DNA of 64,000 nucleotides from the human T2T-CHM13v2.0 reference genome, Homo sapiens: the NCBI RefSeq assembly GCF_009914755.1, contig NC_060927.1, one strand, 5' to 3'. The notes below the pieces were generated by a model. It searched no databases, was not told the DNA's origin, and saw only the letters and a list, made by a program, of their open reading frames with translations. Positions 42,588-57,001 of the stretch are shown here, one piece after another (positions within the stretch are counted from its first letter, which is position 1; every line of letters starts with the position of its first letter). A program made the translations under genes and the position numbers.

Positions 42588-44387
42588 CTCTGTTGTTTGA
42601 GAGAAAGTAAAGGGAAGAGAACAAAAGCCTATGCCTGGTAATCCAGGGAATTCTCCTAGCTCTCACCCAAGACCATCAAGGCAGCACATCCATAAGTCTG
42701 GAAAAGAAACAGCAACACTAGGATTGGGGTGCCCTCTAATGCAGATACAGCTGAAGTGACCAAAGACATAGATTGCAGCACCCAAATTCTATCAAATACT
42801 TGAAAAGCCTTCCCAAGAAGGACAGGTAAAGCAAACCCAGCATGCAAAGACCACAACAAATATCTGAATCTCCAATGCCTAGACACCAGTGAACATCCAC
42901 AAGCACTAAGACCATCCAAGAAAACATGACCTCACCAAATGAACTAAATAAGGCACCAGTGACCAATTTGATACATATGTGACCTTTCAAACAGATAATT
43001 CAATATAGCTGTTCTGAGAAAACTCAAAGATATCCAAGATAACACAGAAAAGGACTTCAGAATCCTATCAGATAAATTTAACTAAGAAATTTAAATAATT
43101 TTTAAAAATCAAGTAGAAATTTTGGAGCTGAAAAAACCAATAGACATGCTCAAAAACGCATCAGAAACTCTTAACAGCAAAACTGATCAAGCAGAAGAAA
43201 GAATTGGTAAGCTTGAAAATAGGCAATTTGAAAATACACAGTCAGGGAACCAAATAAATAAATAAATAAAAAAGAATAAAACATGAAAACAGGAGGTAGA
43301 AAATAGCCTCGAAAGGGCAAATCCAAGTTTTTGGCCTTAAAGAGGAGGCAGAGAGAGAGAAATCAGGGTAGAAAGTTTATTGTCAGCATCATCCTGTTAC
43401 AAAAACCTGGCAGAGTAACAACAAAGAAAGAAACTTCAGGATAATATCTTGATGAATACTGATGCAAAAATCTTCAACAAAATCCTTGCAAAGTGAGTTT
43501 AGCAACACATCCAAAAGCTAATCTACTACAATCAAGTAGGTTCTATCTCTGGGATAAGAGGTTGGTTCAACATACACAAATCAATAAACGTGATGCATTA
43601 CATAGAAGGAACTAAGAATAAAAACCACATGATTATCTCAATAGACACAGAAAAGGCTTTCAATAAAATTCAACATCCCTTCATATTAAACACTCTCAGT
43701 AAACTCGGTATTGAAGGAAGATACCTCAAAATAATAAAAACCATTTATGACAAACCCATAGCCAACATCACACTGAATGCACAAAAGCTAGAACATTCCC
43801 CTTGGAAACCAGCACAAGATAAGGATGCCCTCTCTCACCACTCTTATTCAACCTAGTATTGGAAGTCCTGGCCAGAGCAATCAGGCAAAGGAAAGAAATA
43901 CAATAAATTCAAATAAGAAGAAGGAAAGTCAAACTATCCCTGTTTGCAGATGACATGATTCTATATTTAGAAATCCACATAGTCTTGGCCCAAGGTCTCC
44001 TTAAGCTGATAACCTCAGCAAAGTTTCAGGATACAAAATCAATGTACAAAAATTATTGGTATTCCTATACACCAACAAGAGTCATGCTGGCAGCCAAATC
44101 AGAAATGCAGTCTCATTCACAATTGACACAAAAATAATAAAATATGTAGGAATACAGCTAACCAGTGAGGTGAAAGATCTCTACAATGAAAATTACAAAA
44201 CACTGCTTAAAATGGAATGGATAGGAAGAATCAATATCATTAAAATGGCCATACCGCCCAAAGCAACTTACAGATTTAATGCTATTGCTGTATCAAACTA
44301 CCAATGACATTCTTCATAGAACTAGGAAAAACTATTTTAATATTCATATAGAATAGCAACAACAAAGACTATATAGCCAAGACAATT

Positions 44388-44678
44388 ATTTTTGTTGTTG
44401 TTGAGACAGTCTCATTCTGTCATCCAAGATGGGGTACAGTTGCACGATCATGACTTACTGCAACCTTGACCTCCTGGGTTCAAACAATCCTCCTACCTCA
44501 GCCTCCCAAGTAGCTGGGACTACAGGCATGTGCTACCATGCCCACCATGTGTATTTTTAATAGAGACAAGGTTTTGCCATGTTACTCAGGCGGGTCTTGA
44601 ACTCCTGGGCTTAAATAATCCACCTGCCTCGGCCTCCCAAAGTGCTAGGATTATAAGTGTGAACCACTACACCTGGCC
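44388..44678 (-). mobile_element. AluJ inside the L1PA
   Basis: Reverse Alu with J-type features (gaactcctgggct, aatcctcctacctcagc). Confidence 0.9.
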
Positions 44679-44719
44679 TAGCAATTCTAAAAAAAAGAAC
44701 AAGGCTAAAGGCATCATGT

Positions 44720-45525
44720 TGTGTCAGGAATTTATTCCTTCTGGTGGGTTCTTGGTCTCGCTAACTTCAAGAATGAAGCCACGGACCCTTGCGGCGAGTG
44801 TTACAGTTCTTAAAGATGGTGTGTCTGGAGTTTGTTCTTTCAGATGTTTAGATGTGTCCAGAGTTTCTTCCTTCTGGTGGGTTTGTGGTCTCGCTGACTT
44901 CAGGAGTGAAGCCGCAGACCTTCGCAGTGAGTGTTACAGCTCTAAAAGGTGGTGCATCTGGAGTTGTTTGTTCCTCCCAGTGACTTCGTGGTCTCCCTGA
45001 CTTCAGGAGTGAAGTTGCAGACTTTCGCAGTGAGTATTATAGCTCATAAAGGTAGCGCGAACCCAAAGAGTGAGCAGCAGCAAGATTTATTGTTAAGAGG
45101 GCAAGAAGAAAACTTCCACAGTGTGGAAGGGGACCCCAGTGGGTTGCCACTGCTGGCTCGGGTGGCCAGCTTTTATTCCCTTATTTGGCCCCACCCATGT
45201 CCTACTGATTGGTCCATTTTCCAGAGCCCTGATTAGTCCATTTTACAGAATGCTGATTGGTCCCTTTTTACAGAGTGCTGATTGGTGTGTTTTCAAACCG
45301 TTAGCTAGACACAGAGCACTGACTGGTGCATTTTTACAGAGTGCTGATTGGTCTGTTTTTACAGAGTGCTGATTGGTGCATTTTCAAACCTTTAGCTAGA
45401 CATAGAGCACTGATTGGTGCATTTTTTACAGAGTGCTGATTGGTGCAATTACAAACCTTTAGCTCTACAGAAAAGTTCTCCAAGTCCCCACTCGGCCCAG
45501 GAAGTCCAGCTGGCTTCACCTCTCA
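44720..45525 (-). mobile_element. LTR12 (HERV9) solo LTR inside the L1PA
   Basis: Minus strand begins TGAGAGGTGAAGCCAGCTGGACTTCCTGGG and ends ...TTCCTGACACA. U3 and U5 tandem repeats are present. 4-bp TSD ATGT/AAGT. Confidence 0.95.
45170..45450 (-). promoter_or_regulatory. LTR12 U3 CCAAT-box array and AATAAA-type TATA element
   Basis: Seven intact CTGATTGG copies (CCAAT on minus), two mutated copies, and GGAATAAAAG on minus at ~45170-45180. NF-Y use is known for the LTR12 family; activity of this copy is not shown. Confidence 0.6.
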
Positions 45526-48114
45526 AAGTTACCCTACTTCAAACTATACTACAGAGCTACAGTAACCAAAACAGCAGTGTACATGTACAAAATCAGACAC
45601 ATAGACCAATAAAACAAAATAGAAAGCCCAGAAATAAGGCCACACACCTACAATCATCTGATCTTCAACAAAGCTGACAAAAACAAACAATGAGAAAAGA
45701 ACTTCCTATTCAATAAATGGTGCTGGGATAACTGGAAAGCAATATGCAGAAGATTGAAACTGGACCCCTTTCTTACATCATATACAAAAATCAACTCATG
45801 ATATACTAAAGACTTAAATGCAAGACCCAAAACTATACAAAAAGAAACCCTGGAAAGCAACATACACAATACTATTCTGGATATAAGAACTGGCAAACAT
45901 TTCATGAGAAAGAGGCCAAAAGCAATTGCAACAGAAGTAAAAATTGATAAATAGGACCTTATTAAACTATAGAGCTTCTGAACAGCAACAGAAACTATCA
46001 ACAGAATGAACAACCTATAGATTGGGAGAAAATATCTACCAACTATGCATCTGACAAAGGTGTAATATCCAGCACCTATAAAGAACTTAAACAAATTTAC
46101 AAGAAGAAAACAAACAATCTCATTTAAACAATGGGTAAAGGGCACAAACAGACACTTTTTGAAAGAAGACATATACACCACCAAAAAGCATATGAAAAAA
46201 AACTCTATATCACTAATCATTAGAGAAGTGCAAATCAAAACCATGATAAGATACCATTTTACACAAGTCAGAGTGGCTATTATTAAAAAGTCAAAAAATA
46301 ACAGATTCTGACAAAGTGATGGAGTAAAGGAAACACTTATACACTGTTGGTGAGAGTCTAAATTAGTTCAACCATTGTGAAAAGCACGGTGGCAATTCCT
46401 CAAAGAACTAAAAACAGGAACTGTCATTCAACCCAACAGTCCCATTACTGGGTATATCCTCAAAGGAACGCAATCGATCTAACATAAAGATACACATGCA
46501 CACATATGTTCACTGCAGCACTATTCACAATAGCAAACATGTAAAATCAATCGAAACGCCCATCAGTGTTAGACTGGAGAAACAAAATGTGGTATATAGA
46601 CACCATGGAATACTATGCAGCCATAAAAAGAATGAGATCATGTCTTTTGCAGGAACATGAATGGATCTGAAGACCATTATCCTTAACAAACTAATGCAGA
46701 AACAGAAAATCAAATACTGCATGTTCTCACTTATAAGTAAGTGCTCAATGATGAGGACACACAGACATGAAGAGGGAAACAACAGACATTGGGGCCTACT
46801 TGAGACTGGAGGGTGGGAGAAGGGAGAGGATCAGAAAAAATAACTATTGTGTACTAGGCTTAGTACTTGGGTGATGAAATAATCTGTACAACCCTTGTGA
46901 TATGAGTTTGCCTGTATAACAAACCAGCACATGTACCCCTGAATCTAAAATAAAAGTTTTTTTTTAAAGAAAGGGATTTTAACAGAGAATTTCCCGAAAA
47001 GAAAGAGATCAATACTCAAGTATAAGAAGGTTACAGAACACCAAACAGATTTAACCCAAACAAGAATATGTCAAGACATTTATTAGTGAGACTCTCAAAA
47101 GTCAATGATAAAGAAAGGATTCTAATAGCAGAAAGAGAAAAGAAACAAATAACATACAAAGGAGCTGTAATAAATCTGAGAGTAGACTTCTCAGTGCAAA
47201 TCTTACAGGCCAGGAGGGAGGGGCATGACATACTTAAAGTGCTAAAGGAAAAAGTAGTTTATTCTAGAATAATATATCCAGTTAAAACATCCTTTGAATG
47301 TGAGGGACAAATAAGTTCCCAGACACACAAAACCTGAGGGATTTTATCAACACCAGAATCACCCTGTAAGAAATGCTAAAGGGAATTCTTCGGTCTGAAA
47401 TAAAAGAATGCTCATGAGCAATAAGAAATAATCTGAAGGTACAAAACTCACTGGTAGTAGTAAGCACAAAGAGAAACACAGAATATTATGACACTATAAT
47501 TGTGGTGTGTGAACTATTCATGTCCGGAAAAGAAAGATTAAAATATGAACCTATCAAATAATAACTGCAAAAACTTTTCAAGACACAGGTGGTATAATAA
47601 TGTGTGAATAAAAACAAAACAAATTAAAATTAGGAGGATGAAGTTTACAGTTTATATTAGTTTTCTCAGTTTGTTTATGCAGTGTCATCATTTATTTAAA
47701 ATACAAGTTATAAGATATTATTAGCATGGCTCATGATAACGTTAAATTAAAAAACACAATAGATATAAAAAACAAAAAGTAAGAATACCAAATAGAAGAT
47801 CAGAGAAAAACACCTTTGCTAAAAGGAAGCCAGGAAGGAAGAAAACAAAACAAAAAAAAAAATATGAAGACCACAAAACAACTGAAAACAAATAAAATGG
47901 CAAGAGTAAGTTTGTACTTAATAATATCATTTTAATTGGACTAAACCCTCCAATTAAAAGACATAGGGTGGTTGAATGGATAAAAAAAGAAGACAAAATG
48001 ACCTATTACCCAAAAGAAGTACATTTCATCTATAAAGACACACATAGAATAAAAATAAAGGTAAAGAAAAATATATTCTATGCAAATAGAAACCTAAAGA
48101 AAGAGCAGGAATTT

Positions 48115-48430
48115 GGCCTAGAAGCTGTGGCTCATGCCTTTAATTCCAGCCCTTTGGGAGTCTGAGGCAAGTGCATCGCTTGACCCCAGGAGTTGAGACC
48201 ATCCTGGGAAGCTGAGAAGACTTCTTCTCTACAAAAAATAATTTTGAAAATTTAGCTGGGCAAATTCATGGACATCTGTGGTCAGAGCTACTCAGGAGGA
48301 TTAGGTGGGAGGGTCACTTGAGCCCAGGAGTTTGAAACTGCAGTGAGCTATAATTGTGCCACTGCACTCCAGCCTCAGTGACAGAGTGAGACCCTGTCTC
48401 AAAATTAAATGAAATTAACTTAAATTTTTA
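48115..48430 (+). mobile_element. AluJ inside L1MA ORF2
   Basis: Diverged Alu with J-type features (cacttgagcccaggagtttg, gtgagaccctgtctc). TSD agagcaggaat / agatcaggaat. Confidence 0.9.
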
Positions 48431-49382
48431 AACAGATCAGGAATAGCTACAGTTATATCAAACAAAATAGATTTCAAGAAAGAAACTATTAATGAGACAA
48501 AGAAAATCACTATATGATGATAAGATGTCAATTCAGCAAGAAGATATAACAATTAGAAGTATGCACCCAGTACTGGAGCATCCAGATATATAAAGCGAAT
48601 ATTATTAGAGCTAAAGAGAGAAATAGACCCTAATGCAATAATAGCTGGGGACTCCAACACCCAACTTTGAGCACCAGACAGATCTTACAGACAGAAAATC
48701 AACTAAAAAAGATCAGACTTAATCTGCATTATAAACCAAATGCACATAGTAAATGTTTACAGTACAATTTATCCAGTAGCTGCAGAAAATAAATTCTCCT
48801 CAGCACTTGGGTCATTCTCAAGGATAGACCATGTGTTGGGCTATAAAGTCTTTAAATATTCAAAGTCTTTACAAATTCAAAAAGAAGAAATTACATGAAA
48901 TATCTACTCTTACCACAATAAAATAAAACTAGAAATCAATAACAAGATAAATTTTGGAAAGTATATAAACATATGGAAATTTAAATAATATGCTCCTGGA
49001 TGATGAATGGCTCATGAAGAAATTAAGGAGGAAATTAAAATTTTTCTTGATACAAATGAAAATGGAAACATGACATACCAAAAACCTATGGAATATAGTG
49101 AAAATAGTAGTAAAAGGAAAGTTTATAGCAATAAGCATCTACATCAAAAAAGTAGAAAAACTTTAAATAAACAACCTAACAATATATCTTAAGGAATTAG
49201 AAAAGTAAGAAGAAACCGAATCCCAATTTAGTAAAAGAAAAGAAATAATAAATATTAGAGCAGAAATAAATGAAATGAAAATGGAAAAACATACAAAAGA
49301 TCAATGAAATAAATAGTTGCTTTTTTTTTGAAAAGAAAAAACAAATTGACCAACTTTAGCCTGATTAAGAAAAAAAGAGAGG

Positions 49383-49767
<385 letters not shown>

Positions 49768-52700
49768 TTACTGTGAGCACCTATATACCTATACATTGGA
49801 AAACCTAGAAGAAAGGAATAAATTCCTTGTCACATAAAACCTACCAGGTTTGCACCATGAAAAAATCCAAACCTGAACAGACCAACACAAGAAATGAAAC
49901 TAACTTATTACTTGTAAGTATAATAATGAATGTTTACTAAATCTCATTAGTTGTGTTGGTCTGTTCAGGTTTTGGATTTCTTCACGGTTCAATTTGTAAT
50001 AAAGTCTCTCAGCAAAAACTAAATAAATAAATAAAAGCCCAGGACCTGATGTCTTCACTGCTAAATTTTACCAAACATTTAAAGAAGAACTAATACCAGT
50101 CCTCCTCAAAGTACTTCGAAAAATAGAGGAGAAATGAATACTTCCAAACTTATTCTATGAGGATGGTATTATCCTGATAGTAAAACTAGACAAAGACACA
50201 TCAAAAAAAAAAAGGAAACTATAGGTCAATATCTCTGATGAATATTGATGGAAAAATCCTCAATGGAATACTAGTAAACCAACTTCAACAATACTTTAGA
50301 AAGATTATCCGTTATGACCAAGTGAGATTTATCCTAGGGATGCTAGGGTTGTTTGACATTTTCAAACCAATCAACGTGATACATCATATCAACAGAATGA
50401 AAGACAAAAAACTTATGATCATTTCAACTGATGCTAAGAAACCATTTTATAAAATTCAACATTCCTTTATCATAACATCTTTCAAAAAAAATGGGTATAA
50501 AATGAACATACCTCAACACAGTAAAAGCTATCTGTGACAGACCTGCAGTTAGTAACATACTGAATGGAAAAAAAAAGAACACTGAAAGTGTTTTCTCTAA
50601 GATCTGGAACAATACATGAAAACACACTTTTGCTGCTGTTATTCAACACAGTACTGGAAGTTTTAGCTAGGGCAATTAGTCAAGAGAAAGAAATAAAGAG
50701 CATCCAAATTGGAAAGGAAAAAGTCAAATTATCCTTGTTTTCAGATGATATGATCTTATATTTGGAAAAACCTAAAGACTCCACAAAAAAAAATTATTAA
50801 AACTGATAAATTGAGTAAAGGTGAAGGATACAAAATCAACATACAAAAAACAGTGACATCTCCATATGTGAATAGTGAACAATCTGAAAAGAAATCAGGA
50901 AAGCAATCCTATTTACAATAGCTACAAATAAAATAAAATTCTTAGGAATAAACTTAACCAAAATAGTGGAAGATATCTGTAATGAAAACTATAAAACACT
51001 AATGCAAGAAACTGAAGTACACAGAACAAACTGGAAAAGTATGCCATATTCATAGATTGGAAGAATCAATATTGTTAAAATTTTCATACTACCCAAAGCA
51101 TTCACATGAAATCCCTATACACATTCAATGAAATTCCTATCAAAATACCAATAACATTCTAACAGAATAAAAAAAAGTAATCTTAAAATTTATATACAAC
51201 CCCCAAAGACCCAGAATTGCCAAAGCTATTCTGAAGAAAAAGAACAAAACTAGAGGAATCACATTACCTGACTTCAAATTATACTACAGAGCTATTGTAA
51301 CCAACCAGCATGGTACTGGCATAAAAACAGAAACATAGACCAATGGAGCAGAATAGAGAATCATGAAATAAATCCATACATCTACAGTGACCTCATTTTT
51401 GAAAAATGTACGAAGAAAGTACACTTGGGAAAGGACATTCTCTTGGTACTGTGAAAACTGGTTATCCATATGTAGAAGAATGAAACTAGATCTCCATCTC
51501 TTACCATATACAAAAATCAAATAAAATGGATTAAATATTTAAATCTAAGACCTCAGACTATGAAACTACTAAAAGAAAACACTGGGGAAACTCTCCAGGA
51601 CATTGATCTACTAAAGATTTTTTAAGCAATATCCCACAAGCACAGGCAACCAAAGCAAAAATGGACACATGAGATCACATCAAGTTAAAAAACTTTTGCA
51701 TAACAAACGATTAACAAACTGAAGAAACAAACCACAGAATGGGAGAAAATATTTGTAAACTACTCATCTTAGGAATGATTCATAATACTATATAAGGAGC
51801 TTAAACAACTTTATAGGAAAAAATATAATAATTTGATTAAAAATACATAAAATATTTGAGTAGATTTTTCAAAAGAAGGCATTCAAGTGCCAACAGTATA
51901 TAAAAGTGATCATGATCATTGATAATAAGAGAAATGCAAATCAAAACTACAATGCGATATCATCTCAACCCAGAAAAACTTACTTTTCATATTCTTACTT
52001 ATTTGTGGGTGTTTAAAATTAAAACAATTGAACAAATGGCGATAGAAAGAATAATAATGTTTACCAGAGGCTGGGAAAGGTAGTGGTGGGTGAAAGTATG
52101 AATGGTTAATAAGTACAAAAGTATAGTTAGGTAGAATGTATAAGATCTAGTATTTGATAGCACAACAATCAAAATATTGTTGATTATAGTCAACAATAAT
52201 TTATTGCACATTTTAGCATAACTAAAGGAATACAATTTGGATTGTTTGTAACAGACAGAAAGGATAAATGCTTGAGGGGATGGATGCCCCATTTAACATG
52301 ATGTAATTATTATGCATAGTATCAAAATAACACCTACTATGTACCCACAAAAATACATAATAAAGCAAATAGGAAGGTCAATCAAGGAACTAATGCAATC
52401 TGTTATTTATGAAAAAGAATAAATGACTTACATTTGCTATTGAGAAAAATGGGTGCTCTGCATGGAATATAGAGAAACAGGGTGAGATTGAGAACAGATG
52501 TAAAATTATTGTTAAGAAAAAAGGGTAGCCAATTTTAAAGTAAGAATTGTTTTAAAGTAGAAGTTTTGGAAATAGAAAAGAATTTATTGCAGATAATTGG
52601 AAAAAAATAGACTTGTGAACACTAACTTATAGATTAGAAATAGAAGTGAAAAAAAGTAAAATAAAAGGTAATTCATTATCTTAATTTTAAAAAATACTAT

Positions 52701-54339
52701 ATATTTAATATATACTTATATTTTATAATTGAATATTTTATTATTAATAAAATAAGAATACTTTAAAAATATTAAAAAGTAATAGTGTTTACCATATTTT
52801 ATGACATCTAATATGAGTTCCTTCAAATTATGTCACTAAATTTGTAAATCAAATGTTTCAGTTAATTGCATTTATGGATATTAGAGAATTAGATTCAGCA
52901 AATGCTTTTCCAGGAATTTCAACTTATTAATAAAATGCTAAATACTTCTTTAAGATGAGCAACAGTAAAATTCTCTAAGTAAATATCTCATCTGTGTCTA
53001 TCATGACACATGGTTTAGAATCTTTCAACAGAGTTTTAATCCTTTTATCTAATTTTTCAGTTCAGCCAATGTGAATCAACTCAGTGTTTCTCATAATGAA
53101 CCTTGATATTTAATTGTTTTGCTAGCTAAGGAGACTAAAGACACTGACTTTATTGGTTTCATGTTAATTTCAATTTATTTATGTGCATTAACATTTTTTA
53201 TAAATATCAAACTTCATGACATCTTAAAATGTGTCTATTTGTAGTGATTCATTTATGTTTAAGCTGTCTAAAATTTTCACCAGGCATGCAAAAGTCACAT
53301 TAGTGGTAGAAAATATTCTGGATGGATATGTTTCTTCTGCATTTGAAACTATATACTAATATTATAAAAATACTTCATGATATAGTGATCCAGTACGTAA
53401 ATTCATTTTATAACACAAAGTGAAGGTAAAAAAAAGTGATGGATCCCATTAAAACTATTTGTGCATTAAACGATCATTAATGTATAATTTCACATTTTGT
53501 TTTATATCAAAAATTAGTTTTGCTTTATGTTAAATTGAATTACTCTATGCATGAATATTTACAGCTTTCCTGTCTGTCCTTTTTGATAATGGATATGAAT
53601 GCATACTCTGTAGATGGCAAAGTACTACTTAAATGTAGGTTCTTATAATAAAAATTTTATCTTACTTGTGACAAGGAAAATATGCTTCACTATGCTTACT
53701 TTAAGAAAATATTACAGGATTTTTTTTCTTTTCAGATCTTAGTATTAACTTGGGTCATCATCAATTTTTCAACCTAACTGCAAAGAGCTCATTAATTTAC
53801 CAAATTGTGTATTAAAATAGCATGGATGCCACGTGAACCAGATTATTTAAGTGTGTTCAGCTCTCTCCTTTTCTGGATTTAAAGAAGTTCAATAGATTAA
53901 TGCTTTCTTAAGTCAATTAATTTTTTCCAACTCTTTTTCTCTACTTTTCTATTTTCATAAGAAGCTTAAACTGATAACAGAAAAAATGTAGATTCCTGCT
54001 TTTCTGTCTTTGCTATTTCCTGAAATTTTCAGGGGTGATATTTTAAAATCACTTGGGAAGTTGGGTGCTGTTGCTTGCATTATTATCATTTGATTTTAAA
54101 GCCAAATAATCAATTTAGATTTCCTGAGATGAACAGATGGGAATATGTGGGAAAAAAAAACTACAAATGAGAATTTCTCAATATGTCATTTTTCATGTAC
54201 TATGTCAAAATCTGATTAAGCACATTTTAAACATCTATAGATTTTATAAGATTTATAGTTAAATACTAATAGTGAAGTGTAAATCAAAATAGCAATGTGT
54301 ACACATATAACTTAACCTATTAAAGGCCTTAAGAGCACA

Positions 54340-55060
54340 TTAATCCAAAAATATCCACTGAATATCTTATATGTTCCAGGCATTATTCTGAGTGGTAGGG
54401 ATAGGAAAGGAAATCAGGAATAATTTTTGATTTCAAGAAATTGACAGTCGTGTGGAGGACTGAGACAAGTAACAGACATATATCTATGATGTAGGAGAAC
54501 ATAAACAGAGCATCTCACCAAGGCTTTATGGCTGAGATACTTCCCTACAGGAAAAACAACAACAACAACAACAACAACAACAAAAACTCGTCCAAATTGA
54601 TACCTAAAGTTTAAACAGGAGAGAGTCTAGAGAAGAGTTAGCGGACAATTCTAGCCAGAGGAAGAATGCCTTCAAATACTGTGGATCAGGGCCAAGGTGC
54701 ATTGGGAAAACACAAGAAGCTCTAAATGTCTGAGTGTTATATTCCAAGAGAGAAGAGCTGTGAGGCCAGACTACAGGGGTAATCAGGGACCACGTCAAAA
54801 TCAGCCATGCTAAAGCACTTGGATTTGATCCTGGGGCAATGGTGAAGCAATGGAAACCCTTCACAAGAGCTGCATACCCTCAGCTTTGCATTCTTGTGGA
54901 CAGTGCAATCACAGTTTATGAATTAGGAGTCAGGAAGATGAGGTTTGAGGCAGTCTTAGTAAAACAAGATGTGGTGGCCTTGACTTATGTAATGATGCAA
55001 AGGATAAAGAAATCAGGATAGACATTTAGGTGAAGAGTAATGCATATGAGACTACGAAAA
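54340..55060 (-). mobile_element. L2 3' region fragment
   Basis: ctgaatatcttatatgttccaggcatt, agccatgctaaagcacttggatttgatcctggggcaatggtgaagcaatgga. Confidence 0.6.
54555..54583. repeat. (AAC)n microsatellite
   Basis: About nine AAC units. Confidence 0.9.
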
Positions 55061-56717
55061 TATAAATTAGCTGAAAAGTGAGTGAATTACTTAATAAACT
55101 CTCAGAAAGCGTGCCAAGAAGGAAGATTTTCCTCTTAATATTTTCAGTTATGTGGTCATATAAATACATATACAGTATCCAATCTGCAAAGGAATAAAGT
55201 AAGATTTTTCATCGTGTATATGTTCATAGTAAAAGAAGTAACTGATGGGCACTTCATTGCCCTAAGCAAATTTATTCATTATTTACCTCAAAATAATCCT
55301 TATCATTATTTATTTGCTGTAATGTAAATGAAGAAAACACTCAAGTATTTTAAAATTTTAGAAGCATTCTAATTTGATACATTCTATTAGACCTTATTTT
55401 AGTAATAGAATCTTGCTAGAACAGCATGTGTTTCATAGACCCCTTTGAAATCATTTCCTAAAGTTTATCTTTACCACGTAATCATATCCCTCTTTTTATA
55501 ATGGCTTTTGCTGGCATAAATAGACATGCAGAGATTGAGTTCCAGTCAGTGATAATAAGCTAACCGTATACAGTACAATTAATTTTTTTACTAAGCTAAA
55601 TGAGTGAGGTATTGTTTTATTCATCCTTAAAACTGAAAGCTTTTAGATTATGTGTGTACATTAGTGAACCATTATGTCCTGCAATATTACTGGCTATTTT
55701 TTTTCCATAAAGAGGCTGCCAACTTGACTACATTTTATTAAATGTCTTTTTTAAAAATGAATTGTGAAACACTACTTCCATTTCCAATAAAGTTCTCTTC
55801 TAATTATTCTATTCTTAAATACAAAACAAGTCCAAAGTTAATTGCAGTAACCTATCACTTTTCTTTGCAGAATGCAATTTAACTCCTACAGGATCATTTA
55901 ACATTCCTGCCGATCACTAGTTTCAGCGCACTTTACATACCAAATTCATTAGCAAGGGAAGGCAACCACATTAAATGGGAAAGGATTTATCCCACCTCAG
56001 CAAGCTATCCTCTGTGCCTAACACTGCGTCTTTTCATGCAGCATTTTAATCTCATGATTTCACTGTAATAATGTTATACAATCCTATAAGCCTAACATTT
56101 GAATTTGGAAATCTTTTTGCCTTAAAATGATACCAGACAATCCAAAGACAAACTTACATCTTTCAGTTTATTGCAAAATTTAAGAAAGTATGTTTCTCTG
56201 TTGTTTCTTAACCATGTGATATTAATATCATCAAAGCATATTTGTGATATATGGTATTTGCTTTCAAAATCACTAGGAAATAAAAATTACATAGTTTTTA
56301 GTTGTTATAAGGTGATAAGTATTGAATTGTTTCAATAAAAGTAAAAGAATTTCTATATTAAAATTTAAATTTGAACCGTCATGTTAACAATTACTTCTTC
56401 TATAAAAGGCCTGGTATCTTAGCTCATGAAATGTCTCTAATGAGGAAGGAAGCCTGGTAAGTAAGCAGACAGTCCCTTGACAACTCATTAAACAGATCTT
56501 CTCCTACAGTGCCAGCTGTAGCCTCATTCTTCAGGAACAATGAGTAAGATCAGAGTAAAAAGATTTGGCAGTCTGAGGAATCTGGTCACCAGCACTACTT
56601 TTAATACCAGTCCAGAGGCTCTTCTGACCACCACCATTTCCTTCAGTGTCCTCAACTACGTGATTTACGTATTCAGATATAATTATTCTCATTTTGTGAT
56701 TAATCGCCTTTCTTCCT

Positions 56718-57001
56718 TGTTAGGGATTGAATTGTGACTCCTCGAAATTTGTATGTTGAACCCCCAACATCAGTGTGGCTGAATTTGGAAATAGGGACTT
56801 TGTGGAGGTAATTCAGGTTGAACGAGGTTATGGGGTGGAGCCCAATAGGATTAGCATCCTTGTAAGAAGAGGAAGAGACACAGGGAAAATATATACACTG
56901 AAAAAATCTCCATGTGAGGACAGCACAAGAAGACGGCCATCCACAAACCAAGGATAAAGACCTTGGGAGAAAGCAACCCTGATGGCACCTTAATCTTGAA
57001 G
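56718..57001 (+). mobile_element. MLT1A/B-like LTR, 3'-truncated (left arm of the inverted duplication)
   Basis: tgttagggattgaattgtg...taagaagaggaagagacac...ccatgtgaggaca; stops at caccttaatcttgaag. Confidence 0.85.

Larger units (their letters stand above)
43381..46965 (+). mobile_element. 5'-truncated L1PA (PA13-like) inserted into L1MA ORF1
   Basis: ORF2 RT region (ctgtttgcagatgacatgat = FADD motif, ~43940) through the 3' UTR gaggatcagaaaaaataactatt...cacatgtacccctgaatctaaaataaaagtt. Host ORF1 reads gtagaaagtttatt | aaagggat across it. Confidence 0.9.

Noticed and set aside
45200-45460. Regularly spaced repeats resembling a CRISPR array
   Set aside because: This is eukaryotic DNA with no unique spacers or cas genes; they are the known LTR12 tandem repeats.
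44530-45677. Overlapping ORFs of 61-156 aa
   Set aside because: They span Alu, L1 and LTR12 sequence; the repeated LQSADW peptides come from the LTR12 U3 repeats.
45654-46244. Longest ORF in the window (196 aa, hydrophobic)
   Set aside because: Antisense reading of A-rich L1 ORF2, which routinely gives such pseudo-membrane ORFs.
48845-48882. ~17-bp tandem duplication (aaagtcttta...attc) in L1MA
   Set aside because: Ordinary slippage duplication.
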